Shown here: in pieces, positions 1 to 8,630 of the stretch
How the letters are laid out: every line of letters starts with the position of its first letter
Position numbering within the stretch: position 1 is the first letter of the stretch
Assembly: GCA_963721455.1 (NCBI GenBank)
Contig: CAVRJG010000047.1
Span: 1 to 34,131, forward strand
Direction: 5' to 3'
Length of the DNA stretch: 34,131 nucleotides
From: an uncultured Methanosarcinaceae archaeon
GTDB taxonomy: Archaea; Halobacteriota; Methanosarcinia; Methanosarcinales; Methanosarcinaceae
Made by a program: the position numbers and the translations under genes
The notes under the pieces: generated by a model
Seen by the model: only the letters and a program-made list of their open reading frames with translations
Told to the model about the DNA's origin: nothing
Databases searched by the model: none

Positions 1-1129
1 GAGTTTCTGAAAAAAAATTCGCCAACTGTTTATGAGATATTTGATAACATATCGATAAAGGAAAAGTCTTCCGATTACTTTGAGAAAACCGTTAATGGGA
101 TTTCAAACCTCATAATAATATCTATCGAGGCTGGCGATACTCCAGGAGATTTGTTGGATCTTCTGGTTGATCTTAAAGATAAGGATACAACAAAAGTGAG
201 GCCCAAGTGCGTGCTGACAACTGGCAGTGATGGGGAAGGAGATTTAGAAATTTCGGACTATGAACGAAGTGATCCTGTAGACGACGTACCCGGAAAGAGA
301 AAAGGTTTGACAGCATTTAAAGGAATTGAGGACATCTCAATCATTTATGCCCCAAACGCTTATTCGATCAACGGTCTTGTGGAGTTCCCTATCTCGCACT
401 GTGAAAGCCTCAGGTACCGTTTTGCAATTCTCGATGCTCCACAGCGGATCTTCAGATGTTTCCAATCTGGACCCGAGAAGTGAAGAACCCAACAGACTTT
501 GCAGCGTTCTATTACCCCTGGATCAAGGTAATCAACCCGGAAACCGGAATGCTTCAGCGTATGCCACCAGGCGGGTATGTTGCAGGCATTTACGCCCGCA
601 GTGATACTGAAAGGGGAGTGCATAAAGCTCCTGCAAACGAGATCGTTAAGGGAGCCTCGGACCTTGAGTTCCAGATCATGAAGGGAGAGCAGGATGTTTT
701 GAACCCGAGAGGCGTAAATGTCATCCGGGCATTTTCCGGGCAGGGGAATACGTGTATGGGGAGCCCGCACTACTTTCTTCCAACACTCTCTGGAAATATA
801 TCAACGTTCGCCGTCTCTTCATTTATATTGAGGCATCCATAGAAAAAGGAACCCAGTGGGTCGTGTTTGAACCCAACGACGACAGCCTCTGGGCAAGGGT
901 AAAGGCGACAATAACCCAGTTCCTGACAGGTGTCTGGAGAAGCGGGGCGCTCATGGGGACAACCCCGGAGGAAGCCTTTTTCGTAAAATGCGACAGGAGC
1001 ACGATGACCCAGGACGATATCGACAATGGAAGGCTGATCTGCATCATAGGAATAGCACCCGTGAAACCTGCGGAATTTGTGATCTTCAGGATAGCACAGT
1101 GGCAGGGTGGCTCTGCGGCTACGGAATAA
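1..1129 (+). pseudogene. Contractile tail sheath protein (Afp2/3/4, T4 gp18-like), 5'-truncated by the window edge and split by four +1 frameshifts (near 443, 478, 740, 772)
   Basis: Frame 1 is open from base 1. Joining successive frames gives the sheath motifs RFAILDAP, AAFYYPW, PPGGYVAGIYARSD..RGVHKAPAN, LNPRGVNVIRAF-GRGIRVWGART, WKYINVRRL, QWVVFEPND..LW and GIAPVKPAEFVIFRI. It may be intact in vivo if the indels are sequencing errors. Confidence 0.93.
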
Positions 1130-1251
1130 TTATCGAATATGATCGTTCAGAATAGGATATCCACGTAATCAACAATCTTTCAGCACATATGGTAAATCCT
1201 ACAATATTTTGGTATTATCAAAACAGGACTTTGTACAAAGGAGATTAAAAT

Positions 1252-1689
1252 ATGCCAGACAGAGTAGATCCTTATAGGACTTTCAGGTTCAGGGTTGAGA
1301 TTGACGATGTTGGACAGGCCGGATTCAGTGAATGTACCTTTGCGGACACATCGACTGAAGCCATTGACTACCGGGAAGGAAACGAGCCTCCCATATTTAG
1401 AAAACTTTCCGGCCTTACCAAATACGGGAATATTACCCTAAAATGGGGAATCACGGATTCAATGGACCTTTACAAATGGAGAAAACAGGTTATAGATACA
1501 GGAGCAGAGGGTGCAAGAAAAAACATGGCCATTATTCTGATTGATGAAGCCGGGAAAGATAAAGCTCGCTGGAATATTGTACATGCATGGCCGATAAAAT
1601 ATGACCCTACGGATTTCAATGCCAAAAATAATGATATTGGAATAGAAACGCTCGAAATAGCCCATGAAGGCTTTGCCAGAGCATCCTGA
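1252..1689 (+). CDS. Tail tube protein (T4 gp19-like, Afp1)
   Basis: Motifs DPYRTFRFRVEID, YREGN, RKLSGLTKYGNITLKWG, WPIKY and IETLEIAHEG; GGAG ribosome-binding site upstream. Confidence 0.95.
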   Translation: MPDRVDPYRTFRFRVEIDDVGQAGFSECTFADTSTEAIDYREGNEPPIFRKLSGLTKYGNITLKWGITDSMDLYKWRKQVIDTGAEGARKNMAIILIDEAGKDKARWNIVHAWPIKYDPTDFNAKNNDIGIETLEIAHEGFARAS

Positions 1690-1732
1690 AAAGAGATTCT
1701 TCTGAGAAGTTTCTCTTTTATTTTAGTTTTTT
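1689..1732 (+). terminator. Hairpin plus T-tract after the sheath-tube genes
   Basis: Imperfect inverted repeat AAAGAGAttCTTC-tga-GAAGttTCTCTTT followed by TATTTTAGTTTTTT. Confidence 0.55.
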
Positions 1733-1765
1733 AAAAAATAAGCTTCTTATTCAGAGATCGATAAT

Positions 1766-2131
1766 ATGATATTTCAAACGGAATTTGAGTTTATCCTCCC
1801 CAAAGGTTATGTGGACAATGAGGGAAACCTCCAAAAAAAAGGGATCATGAGACTTGCAACGGCTGCAGATGAGGTTCTGCCCCTGAAAGATCCGAGGGTG
1901 CAGGCAAACCCCCCCTATTTGACCGTAATCCTGCTTTCTAGAGTAGTAACAAAGCTTGGGAATTTGCCGATGATCGATACGAAAGTGGTCGAAAGTCTCT
2001 TTGCTTCGGACTTTGCATACCTGCAGGATTTTTACAACAGAATTAACGATAGCGGTAGTCCAAACCTCAGGGCAACCTGCCCTAAATGCGGCCATGATTT
2101 TGAGGGAGAACCATATTCTCAGGGGGAATAA
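1766..2131 (+). CDS. eCIS tail assembly chaperone-like protein (gpG/gpE-like) with C-terminal CPxC zinc finger
   Basis: Motifs FQTEFEFILPKGYVD, MRLATAADE, DFAYLQDFYNRIN and CPKCGH; lies directly after the tube gene as in eCIS loci. Confidence 0.8.
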   Translation: MIFQTEFEFILPKGYVDNEGNLQKKGIMRLATAADEVLPLKDPRVQANPPYLTVILLSRVVTKLGNLPMIDTKVVESLFASDFAYLQDFYNRINDSGSPNLRATCPKCGHDFEGEPYSQGE

Positions 2132-2313
2132 GTGGCTACCCCCTTAGCAGAATTTACGAGGAGGTAGCCTTTATCGCGTACTATTTCCACTGGTCTCATG
2201 AAGAGATAATGAATATGGAACATAGGGAGAGGCAGCACTGGTGTGAAGAGATCTCAAAAATCAACCGGAATCTATCAGACGAAAAACAGAGGAGTATACT
2301 TGAAGTTGAATAA
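2122..2313 (+). CDS. DUF6760-like small ORF without a start codon; probable -1 frameshift extension of the chaperone (gpGT-like)
   Basis: The -1 frame reads GGISGYPLSRIYEEVAFIAYYFHWSHEEIMNMEHRERQHWCEEISKINRNLSDEKQRSILEVE*. No ATG/GTG/TTG occurs between the in-frame TGA at 2101 and the conserved YEEVAF..YFHW core. Not in the supplied ORF track. Confidence 0.8.
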   Translation, partial: GGISGYPLSRIYEEVAFIAYYFHWSHEEIMNMEHRERQHWCEEISKINRNLSDEKQRSILEVE

Positions 2314-2325
2314 TGGGGGAACTGG

Positions 2326-2790
2326 ATGGGTAATGGTAGCTGGAAGAATTACTACACAGAAAAAATAATAGACCCTCTAATGTCTTTTCGGTTTAAGGTA
2401 GAAATATGCGGAATAATGACAGCACATGCTTCCGAAGTAACCGGACTTCAGATTGAGACCGAGACTGAAACATATGAAGAAGGAGGTGTCAATTATTTTG
2501 TTCATCATTTTCCTAAAAGAACAAAATATCAGAATATTACTCTGAAAAGGGGCATTACAGATCGAGATGAACTGTGGAGATGGTATCAGGAAGTAGTTAG
2601 TGGGGAATTTAAACGTGAAAACGTGGCAATTATATTGATGGATATCACTGGCGAAAAAGAAAAATGGCGCTGGAATTTTGAAGGGGCATATCCTGTAAAA
2701 TGGACAGGACCGGACTTTAAAGCTGATAGTAACACTGTAGCTTTTGAGACCATTGAACTCGTGCATAATGGAATAATCCAGAAGGGCTAA
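2326..2790 (+). CDS. Second tail tube-like protein (gp19-like, Afp5)
   Basis: Motifs DPLMSFRFKVEI, YEEGGVN, NITLKRG, AYPVKWTGPDF and AFETIELVHNG; paralogous to 1252..1689. Confidence 0.93.
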   Translation: MGNGSWKNYYTEKIIDPLMSFRFKVEICGIMTAHASEVTGLQIETETETYEEGGVNYFVHHFPKRTKYQNITLKRGITDRDELWRWYQEVVSGEFKRENVAIILMDITGEKEKWRWNFEGAYPVKWTGPDFKADSNTVAFETIELVHNGIIQKG

Positions 2791-2793
2791 AAA

Positions 2794-4950
2794 GTGGGTT
2801 TGTCTGGTATAAAACCTATAACTACTCTATCCAGTTCCAGTCTTTACCGAAAAATTATGCAAAAATATCAGACTGGTAAAAAGAATACTTCCAGGTTTCC
2901 TACAATGATTTTTTACAAAGAAAAAGGGTATTTTTTCCAAAAAAAAATTATTGATAAAAACCGGAAATGGAAAAAAATGGTTGTTAGTTATCCGTTTCTT
3001 GTGTATAATACAGCCAGTAACACTCCTAGAAGTTTTAAAAGCAAAATTAATTTTTTCCTTTCTTTTCACTTTCAAAAACAAAATCATAAGTTTTTTAATA
3101 TTCTCTGGAATCATCTGAATTTGGTATTAATTAAGCTGAAAACTAGCCTCTATCAATCAAAAATCGAGACAATAACAAAAAATTTCAAAAAGACCTTTTT
3201 GTTATCAATTACAGAGAGTAAAAATATCAATATTGATAAAAGAAAAAATACAAATAATGTAATAGAATTTTTTAAAAGCGGAATTCGAGTTCCTGATACT
3301 GTATTTATATTTAAAAAAACTTACATTCAAAAATCCTGTCTTTTTGAATGTAGATTTCTGAGATCTATTTCGGAATTGAGAATTTCCCGAATCGAAAACA
3401 ATATAAAAAGTAATATTGAAAGATTATCAAATAAAATAAAGAACTCAAATTTGTTATTTATTTTAAAAATACCTCAAAGTCTGTATTATCCGAAAGTTAC
3501 TGGGCATCTGAAAAATAGTAAGCTTTTAAAAAAGATTTACTTTCCAAAAGATACTATCCCTACAAGCAAGATAGATTTTATCAGGAGTGACTACACCTTA
3601 AGAGTTCTCGAAGTATTATCTAGTAAAAAAACTTTGCACAATCAAGATTTATTGAATAATGCAGGTAGTTTAAATAGTAGCGTCTTTTTAACTGGTATTG
3701 ACTATTGGAGTAACTCACGTTTTTTGAACACAGTACTACAGCTTCACGATATATTGTCCTCAAAAGCTTCCATCCATATATATTTACAAAATTTTGCGGA
3801 AAAACCTTTGAGAATGGATTTCTCGACTGCTAAAAAAATGACTGAACCTAAAATAGTTAATAGTAGTTGTTATTTCACTAAAAATTCCAAACTGTTGAAA
3901 GCGAACAAAATAAAAAATCCGGTTTTATTGTTTCCTATAAAAGTGCCTGAAAATATTCCAGACCAAATGCTATATGAGTTTTCAAAGAGTATACAGCTTT
4001 CGAAAAACTTACATTTTCTAATAGATAATATTTTTTTAAACAAGCAAGAATTTTTAAAAAATGTCTTTGCCTTAAAAATTTCAAACTCCTCAGCTATCAA
4101 GAATGACTTATACAGCAAATATTTCTTCAATCATTTCTTTAATCGGCATAGTACTTTAAATAGTAATGTCTTTTCGACTGGCATTTATCGTTTAGACAAT
4201 ATAAGTATTAGTAACACAGTGCGCCAGCTTCGCAATACATTTTTCTCAGAAGCTTTAAGCCAAGTAAATTCAAAAAATTTTTCAGAAAAATCTTTGAGAA
4301 TGGATTTCTCGATTGCTAAAAAAATGACCGAATTCAGAGTAACAGGTAATGAGCATTATTTCACTCAAAAGTCCAAAATGTTTAAAGCTCAAGGCTCGGA
4401 GAATGCTCATCCGGAATTTGAAAGCATAACAGCTTTTCCTTTCCGCCTTCCTAATTTATCTTTAGAGAATTTGATTTTTCTTGGGAGAAACACGCAATTT
4501 TCTTTTTTAATAAGCCAGAAGCCTACTATTGTAAAAAATAATCTTATACTGTCCCTCTCTGACCTTGAATTAAGAATTAAAGGAATAACACCTGTTTCTA
4601 TGAAAAAGGATTTGCCACTTTTTGCTTCAGGCAATGAAATTCCTGGTTTAGAACACAGCAAAAATCGTAATTTTCGGATAAACGGTGAGAACCTTGTTTT
4701 CCGTATGCAATCGGATATGGAACAAAGAATAGAAGAAAAAATTGAGCAAAAAATCAGGCAAAAGATTGAGCAGATAAAAAAAGCTTCAACTGATGTAAAA
4801 GAAGCATCTGTAAAACAATATCTTTCGGATTATTCAGCAACAAGAGAGTTTCAAAAACAGTTCTTAGACATAAATTACATTTCAGACCAAGTTTTCAGGT
4901 TAATGGATCATAGGCTGCAAATTGAACGTGAAAGAAGGGGTATTCTATAA
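2794..4950 (+). CDS. Long AT-rich eCIS-associated protein with an internal duplication; possible tape-measure or anchor protein
   Basis: 718-aa ORF coupled to the next gene (TAATG overlap). The C-terminal motif ISDQVFRLMDHRLQIERERRG is typical of eCIS loci; the rest is K/N/F/S-rich and unrecognisable. Confidence 0.65.
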   Translation: MGLSGIKPITTLSSSSLYRKIMQKYQTGKKNTSRFPTMIFYKEKGYFFQKKIIDKNRKWKKMVVSYPFLVYNTASNTPRSFKSKINFFLSFHFQKQNHKFFNILWNHLNLVLIKLKTSLYQSKIETITKNFKKTFLLSITESKNINIDKRKNTNNVIEFFKSGIRVPDTVFIFKKTYIQKSCLFECRFLRSISELRISRIENNIKSNIERLSNKIKNSNLLFILKIPQSLYYPKVTGHLKNSKLLKKIYFPKDTIPTSKIDFIRSDYTLRVLEVLSSKKTLHNQDLLNNAGSLNSSVFLTGIDYWSNSRFLNTVLQLHDILSSKASIHIYLQNFAEKPLRMDFSTAKKMTEPKIVNSSCYFTKNSKLLKANKIKNPVLLFPIKVPENIPDQMLYEFSKSIQLSKNLHFLIDNIFLNKQEFLKNVFALKISNSSAIKNDLYSKYFFNHFFNRHSTLNSNVFSTGIYRLDNISISNTVRQLRNTFFSEALSQVNSKNFSEKSLRMDFSIAKKMTEFRVTGNEHYFTQKSKMFKAQGSENAHPEFESITAFPFRLPNLSLENLIFLGRNTQFSFLISQKPTIVKNNLILSLSDLELRIKGITPVSMKKDLPLFASGNEIPGLEHSKNRNFRINGENLVFRMQSDMEQRIEEKIEQKIRQKIEQIKKASTDVKEASVKQYLSDYSATREFQKQFLDINYISDQVFRLMDHRLQIERERRGIL

Positions 4951-5594
4951 TGGCTGGAGAAATAAAAAAAAAAGGGTTTATTGAGATCTGTGGTGGAGAG
5001 AAGAAGGGTGAACAGATCGAAATACTCTATTACCCTACCGAGTATTCAATTGAAAAGAGCAACACTTTTTCGGAAATTTCTATCCCAGGGCTTGAGTCTC
5101 CATATCTTCAATATGTAAAGGGAAATGCCAGTACTATTTCCCTTGACGTTTTTTATGATACCTATGAAACTAATAAGGATGTTCGAGAATATTCGAATAA
5201 GCTGTCTAGTCTCATGGATATTGATCCTGACCTCCACGCTCCCCCTACTCTGCGCTTCATATGGGGCATGTTTTCTAAAGAATCATTTAACTGCGTCTTA
5301 GAGAGTGTAAATAAGAATTTCACTATGTTTAATAAGAGTGGAATTCCTGTTCGGGCAAAGCTCAAAATAAAATTAAAAGAGATAAAACTCGAGCTTAACG
5401 ATCGAGAAAGAAAACTTCAATCATCTGACAGAACGAAACTTTACATCGTAAAGCAAGGAGACAGTCTGTGGTATATTGCCTCCAAGGAATATGGAGATTC
5501 GGGGCTATGGAGACAAATCGCAGATGCAAATAACATTTATGACCCTAAAAAGCTTAAGTCGGGAACTGAACTGGTCATTCCTCCCCTGGAGTAA
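4950..5594 (+). CDS. Tube-initiator / CIS tube domain protein with C-terminal LysM (Afp7-like)
   Basis: YPTEYSIEKSN, HAPPTLRFIWG and GIPVRAKL, then the LysM motif YIVKQGDSLWYIASKEYGD..LWRQIADANNI. Confidence 0.9.
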   Translation: MAGEIKKKGFIEICGGEKKGEQIEILYYPTEYSIEKSNTFSEISIPGLESPYLQYVKGNASTISLDVFYDTYETNKDVREYSNKLSSLMDIDPDLHAPPTLRFIWGMFSKESFNCVLESVNKNFTMFNKSGIPVRAKLKIKLKEIKLELNDRERKLQSSDRTKLYIVKQGDSLWYIASKEYGDSGLWRQIADANNIYDPKKLKSGTELVIPPLE

Positions 5595-5596
5595 TT

Positions 5597-6658
5597 ATGG
5601 AAAATAAGATTTCTGCAGCTGAAATATATGCCCCGGCTTTTTCGGTACAGCTTGGCAACAAAACGATTCCAAAGAGTGAAATAACCGGAATTAAAATTGA
5701 AGAGGATCTGGAAAAACCTGGGATATGTACTATTTCCTTTAATGAATTTCTTGATCCTAATTCTCAGAGATTTAAATGGCTGGACAATGAAAGTATTGCT
5801 CCGGGAACAGATATTTTGATTAATTTTGGATATGTTTCTTCAAAAGCTAAGGGGGTATTTAGAGGCAAAATTAAAGCTCTTGAGCCGTCTTTCGCATTAG
5901 GTGGAGTTTTAACCCTAGATGTGCAAGGATTTGACCTTTCCCATGAGCTTCAAAAAACACAAAATAAGGTGATCTCAAATGATTTGACCTATCAGGATGT
6001 TGCCAGGGAGCTAGCCGGAAAAAACAGCCTCACTTTTTCAGAAGATGGCACCGGCAAGCCGATAACTCATCAAAAGGCCAAGCGAAGAGTTGATGAGAAT
6101 GACTATGAATTTTTGAAAAGGCTTGCAGGAGATATAGGGTTTGAGTTTTTTGTAAGAAATACTACTCTATATTTTCGGAAACCTCAGGATGATAAGGTTC
6201 CAGCGTTTAGTTTTGAATTACATAACAACATAATTAGTTTTAGTCCGAGAATGAGTATTGCAAGTGTTGTAAGTAAAGTAACGGTTACAGGCTGGAACGA
6301 GGAAAAAATGTCTATTTCAGAAACTGCTGAAATCAATGAAATTAAAAGCAGTTTTGGAGTTCCAGATTTTGAACAAATAGTTAAACAGGCAAAAATTGCA
6401 ACGAAAGAGGAAGGGAAGGTTGTGCGTTCCACAGAAGAAGCAAAGGAAATTGCTCTTTCGGAATTAAAGAGAAAAAACAGCAATCTTATTACAGGAACGC
6501 TGGAATGCGTTGGAAACGAAGTCCTCAGACCTGGAATGACTGTGAATATAGAAAAAGTTGGGAAGCGCTTCAATGGGCGTTATTACATTACAGGGACAAC
6601 ACAAACATTCGGAGATAATGGGTATCGGACTACACTCAAAATTAGAAGGTGCTTATAA
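5597..6658 (+). CDS. Phage late control D / gp27-like baseplate hub (N-terminal half of VgrG)
   Basis: ENDYEFLKRLA..IGFEFFV, VTVTGWN and GNEVLRPGMTVNIEKVGKRFNGRYYIT. Confidence 0.9.
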   Translation: MENKISAAEIYAPAFSVQLGNKTIPKSEITGIKIEEDLEKPGICTISFNEFLDPNSQRFKWLDNESIAPGTDILINFGYVSSKAKGVFRGKIKALEPSFALGGVLTLDVQGFDLSHELQKTQNKVISNDLTYQDVARELAGKNSLTFSEDGTGKPITHQKAKRRVDENDYEFLKRLAGDIGFEFFVRNTTLYFRKPQDDKVPAFSFELHNNIISFSPRMSIASVVSKVTVTGWNEEKMSISETAEINEIKSSFGVPDFEQIVKQAKIATKEEGKVVRSTEEAKEIALSELKRKNSNLITGTLECVGNEVLRPGMTVNIEKVGKRFNGRYYITGTTQTFGDNGYRTTLKIRRCL

Positions 6659-7464
6659 TGGATAACCTGACTGATTTGCTGCCTCCTCAAAACACAAAAG
6701 CTTCGTTATCTTCCGGAGTTTTTGTCGGAAAAGTAACGAGCAATAAGGATGAGAAGGGGCGAGGCCGAGTAAAAGTAATGCTTCCCTGGAGAGGGGAAGA
6801 AGATGAATATTGGGCAAGAATCGCAGTTCCCATGGCTGGAAATGGAAGAGGCATGGTTTTTTATCCAGAGGTCGAAGATGAAGTGCTTGTAGCCTTTGAA
6901 CATGGAGATATCAATCACCCATATGTAATTGGTGCTCTCTGGAATGGAAAAGATTTGCCTCCTGAAACAAACAGTGATGGGAAAAATAACATCCGAAAAA
7001 TAAAGTCAAGAAGCGGGCATGAGCTTATTTTTAATGACGAAGAGAATAAAGAAAATGTAGAGATTCATACAAAAGCAGGTCACAAGATATTTCTTGACGA
7101 CTCAAGCGACGAAGAAAAGCTGGAGATACTGGATAAAAGCGGGAATAACTCGATTTTAATAGATTCTGTCGAAAATTCGATAACTATCACCAGCCAGAAA
7201 AAAATCGATATAAATAGTGGGAATAACTCGATTGTAATAGATTCTGCCGCGAATTCGATAGCTATATCCAGCCAGAAAAAAATCGAGATAAAATGCGGAA
7301 ATAACTCGATTACAATAGATTCTGCCGCGAATTCAATATCTATATCCAGCCAGGCAAAACTCAGCATAAAAGCCCAGATTATTGAGATCGAAGCTGGAGG
7401 GATGATGACCATTAAATCATCGGGTATTTTAACTCTCCAGGGTAGCCTGGTAAAAATTAATTGA
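6658..7464 (+). CDS. Baseplate spike, gpV/gp5 OB-fold with beta-helical repeats (C-terminal half of VgrG)
   Basis: GRVKVMLPW, WARIAVPMAGNGRG, PEVEDEVLVAFEHGD.NHPYVIGALWNG and IKSRSGH. ATG 6658 overlaps the previous stop and is preferred over GTG 6649. Confidence 0.92.
   Translation: MDNLTDLLPPQNTKASLSSGVFVGKVTSNKDEKGRGRVKVMLPWRGEEDEYWARIAVPMAGNGRGMVFYPEVEDEVLVAFEHGDINHPYVIGALWNGKDLPPETNSDGKNNIRKIKSRSGHELIFNDEENKENVEIHTKAGHKIFLDDSSDEEKLEILDKSGNNSILIDSVENSITITSQKKIDINSGNNSIVIDSAANSIAISSQKKIEIKCGNNSITIDSAANSISISSQAKLSIKAQIIEIEAGGMMTIKSSGILTLQGSLVKIN
7138..7371 (+). repeat. Three tandem 78-bp (26-aa) repeats in the spike gene
   Basis: (S/C)GNNSIxIDSxxNSIxIxSQxKxxIx units start at 7138, 7216 and 7294. 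Confidence 0.9.
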
Positions 7465-7476
7465 GAGGATATCAAA

Positions 7477-7770
7477 ATGCCACCAGCAGCCAGAGTAGGA
7501 GATTTAACAAGTCATGGGACTCCTCTTGGTCCAGGTCCTGGAAGTGTCAACGTATTAATCGGGGGAATGCCCGCATGGAGAGCAGCAGTAGATACTCATA
7601 CATGTCCTCTAGTTACTGGAGTTGTGCCACATGTAGGAGGGGTCGTTGCCTTAGGAAGCGTCACAGTTCTAATTAACAACCTCCCTGCGGCACGCCTGGG
7701 TGATACAATAGTTGAGAGCGGACCACCCAATACTATTGCAATGGGCTGCCCAACTGTACTGATTGGTTAA
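7477..7770 (+). CDS. PAAR spike-tip protein
   Basis: MPPAARVGD, HTCP...PH and VLINNLPAARLGD motifs. Confidence 0.95.
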   Translation: MPPAARVGDLTSHGTPLGPGPGSVNVLIGGMPAWRAAVDTHTCPLVTGVVPHVGGVVALGSVTVLINNLPAARLGDTIVESGPPNTIAMGCPTVLIG

Positions 7771-7981
7771 AGCAGAAACTCTTTTTGTATCTTATTCAAA
7801 ATTCAAGGGAGAATTTTCCAATCAGAAAAATATGCAACAATTTTGTCATCCAGTTTTAAAATTGAACGCGTTGCTTGAGAATTTTTTGAAACTTGGTTAA
7901 ATTCTTACATTTTCACCAAATATGTGAAATTTACGTTTACCTATACAATTTGAAACGGATATCTCTTTTTTAACTTTAAAT

Positions 7982-8218
7982 CCTACATTCGGCAGGTCGA
8001 CATTAGATATTGAAAATTTTTACGGATGGCGTTTTTTAAACATTATGCAAATATATATTGGGTTTGTAACTGGTTAACGTATAACCCAAATCTCACGACA
8101 TATATGAACAATGAATCATTTTTGCAATAACGTTTGGTATCAGATAATATGTGTTTTCGAGCAAAAACGCTAGCAGTAAAAATATTGCGAAAAATACAAG
8201 TTACCTGCCGAAAGTAGG
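7982..8218. mobile_element. 237-bp MITE, probably IS1634-family-derived
   Basis: 16-bp terminal inverted repeats CCTACATTCGGCAGGT / ACCTGCCGAAAGTAGG (1 mismatch), flanked by the 6-bp direct repeat TTAAAT (7976-7981, 8219-8224); no ORF inside. Confidence 0.85.
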
Positions 8219-8236
8219 TTAAATGGAGGAATTATA

Positions 8237-8626
8237 ATTAGTAAGGATTTTCTTGGGAAAGGGTGGAAATTTCCTTTCAATCTTAATTCAAGAGGGAAGG
8301 TGGGAGTTTCCAGTTATGAAGAGGACATAAAAGAGGCTATACATATAATACTCGGTACAGCTAAAGGAGAACGACTGATGAGGCCTGACTTTGGGTGCGG
8401 GATCCATGAATATGTGTTTTGTTCCATGGATGTTGTTAATCTTCACCTTATTGAAAATACAGTATATGAGGCTTTAATGATGTGGGAGCCGCGAATAAAG
8501 GTAATCAGCGTGAAAGCAGAATCCGCTGCAGAGGAGGGGAAATTGCTAATGGAGATTGATTACCAGATCCTCACCACAAATACTCGATTTAACCTTGTAT
8601 ATCCGTTTTATTTAAAAGAAGGGTGA
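8237..8626 (+). CDS. GPW/gp25 family baseplate protein (Afp9)
   Basis: IKEAIHIILGTAKGERLMRPDFGCG, WEPRI and NLVYPFYL. The conserved N-terminus SKDFLGKGWKFP lies in frame upstream of the called GTG (8300) and begins at ATT 8237, after GGAGG. Confidence 0.9.
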   Translation: MSKDFLGKGWKFPFNLNSRGKVGVSSYEEDIKEAIHIILGTAKGERLMRPDFGCGIHEYVFCSMDVVNLHLIENTVYEALMMWEPRIKVISVKAESAAEEGKLLMEIDYQILTTNTRFNLVYPFYLKEG

Positions 8627-8630
8627 CCAG

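Noticed and set aside
7461-7676. 71-aa Ser/Arg-rich ORF
   Set aside because: Alternative frame overlapping the clear PAAR gene.
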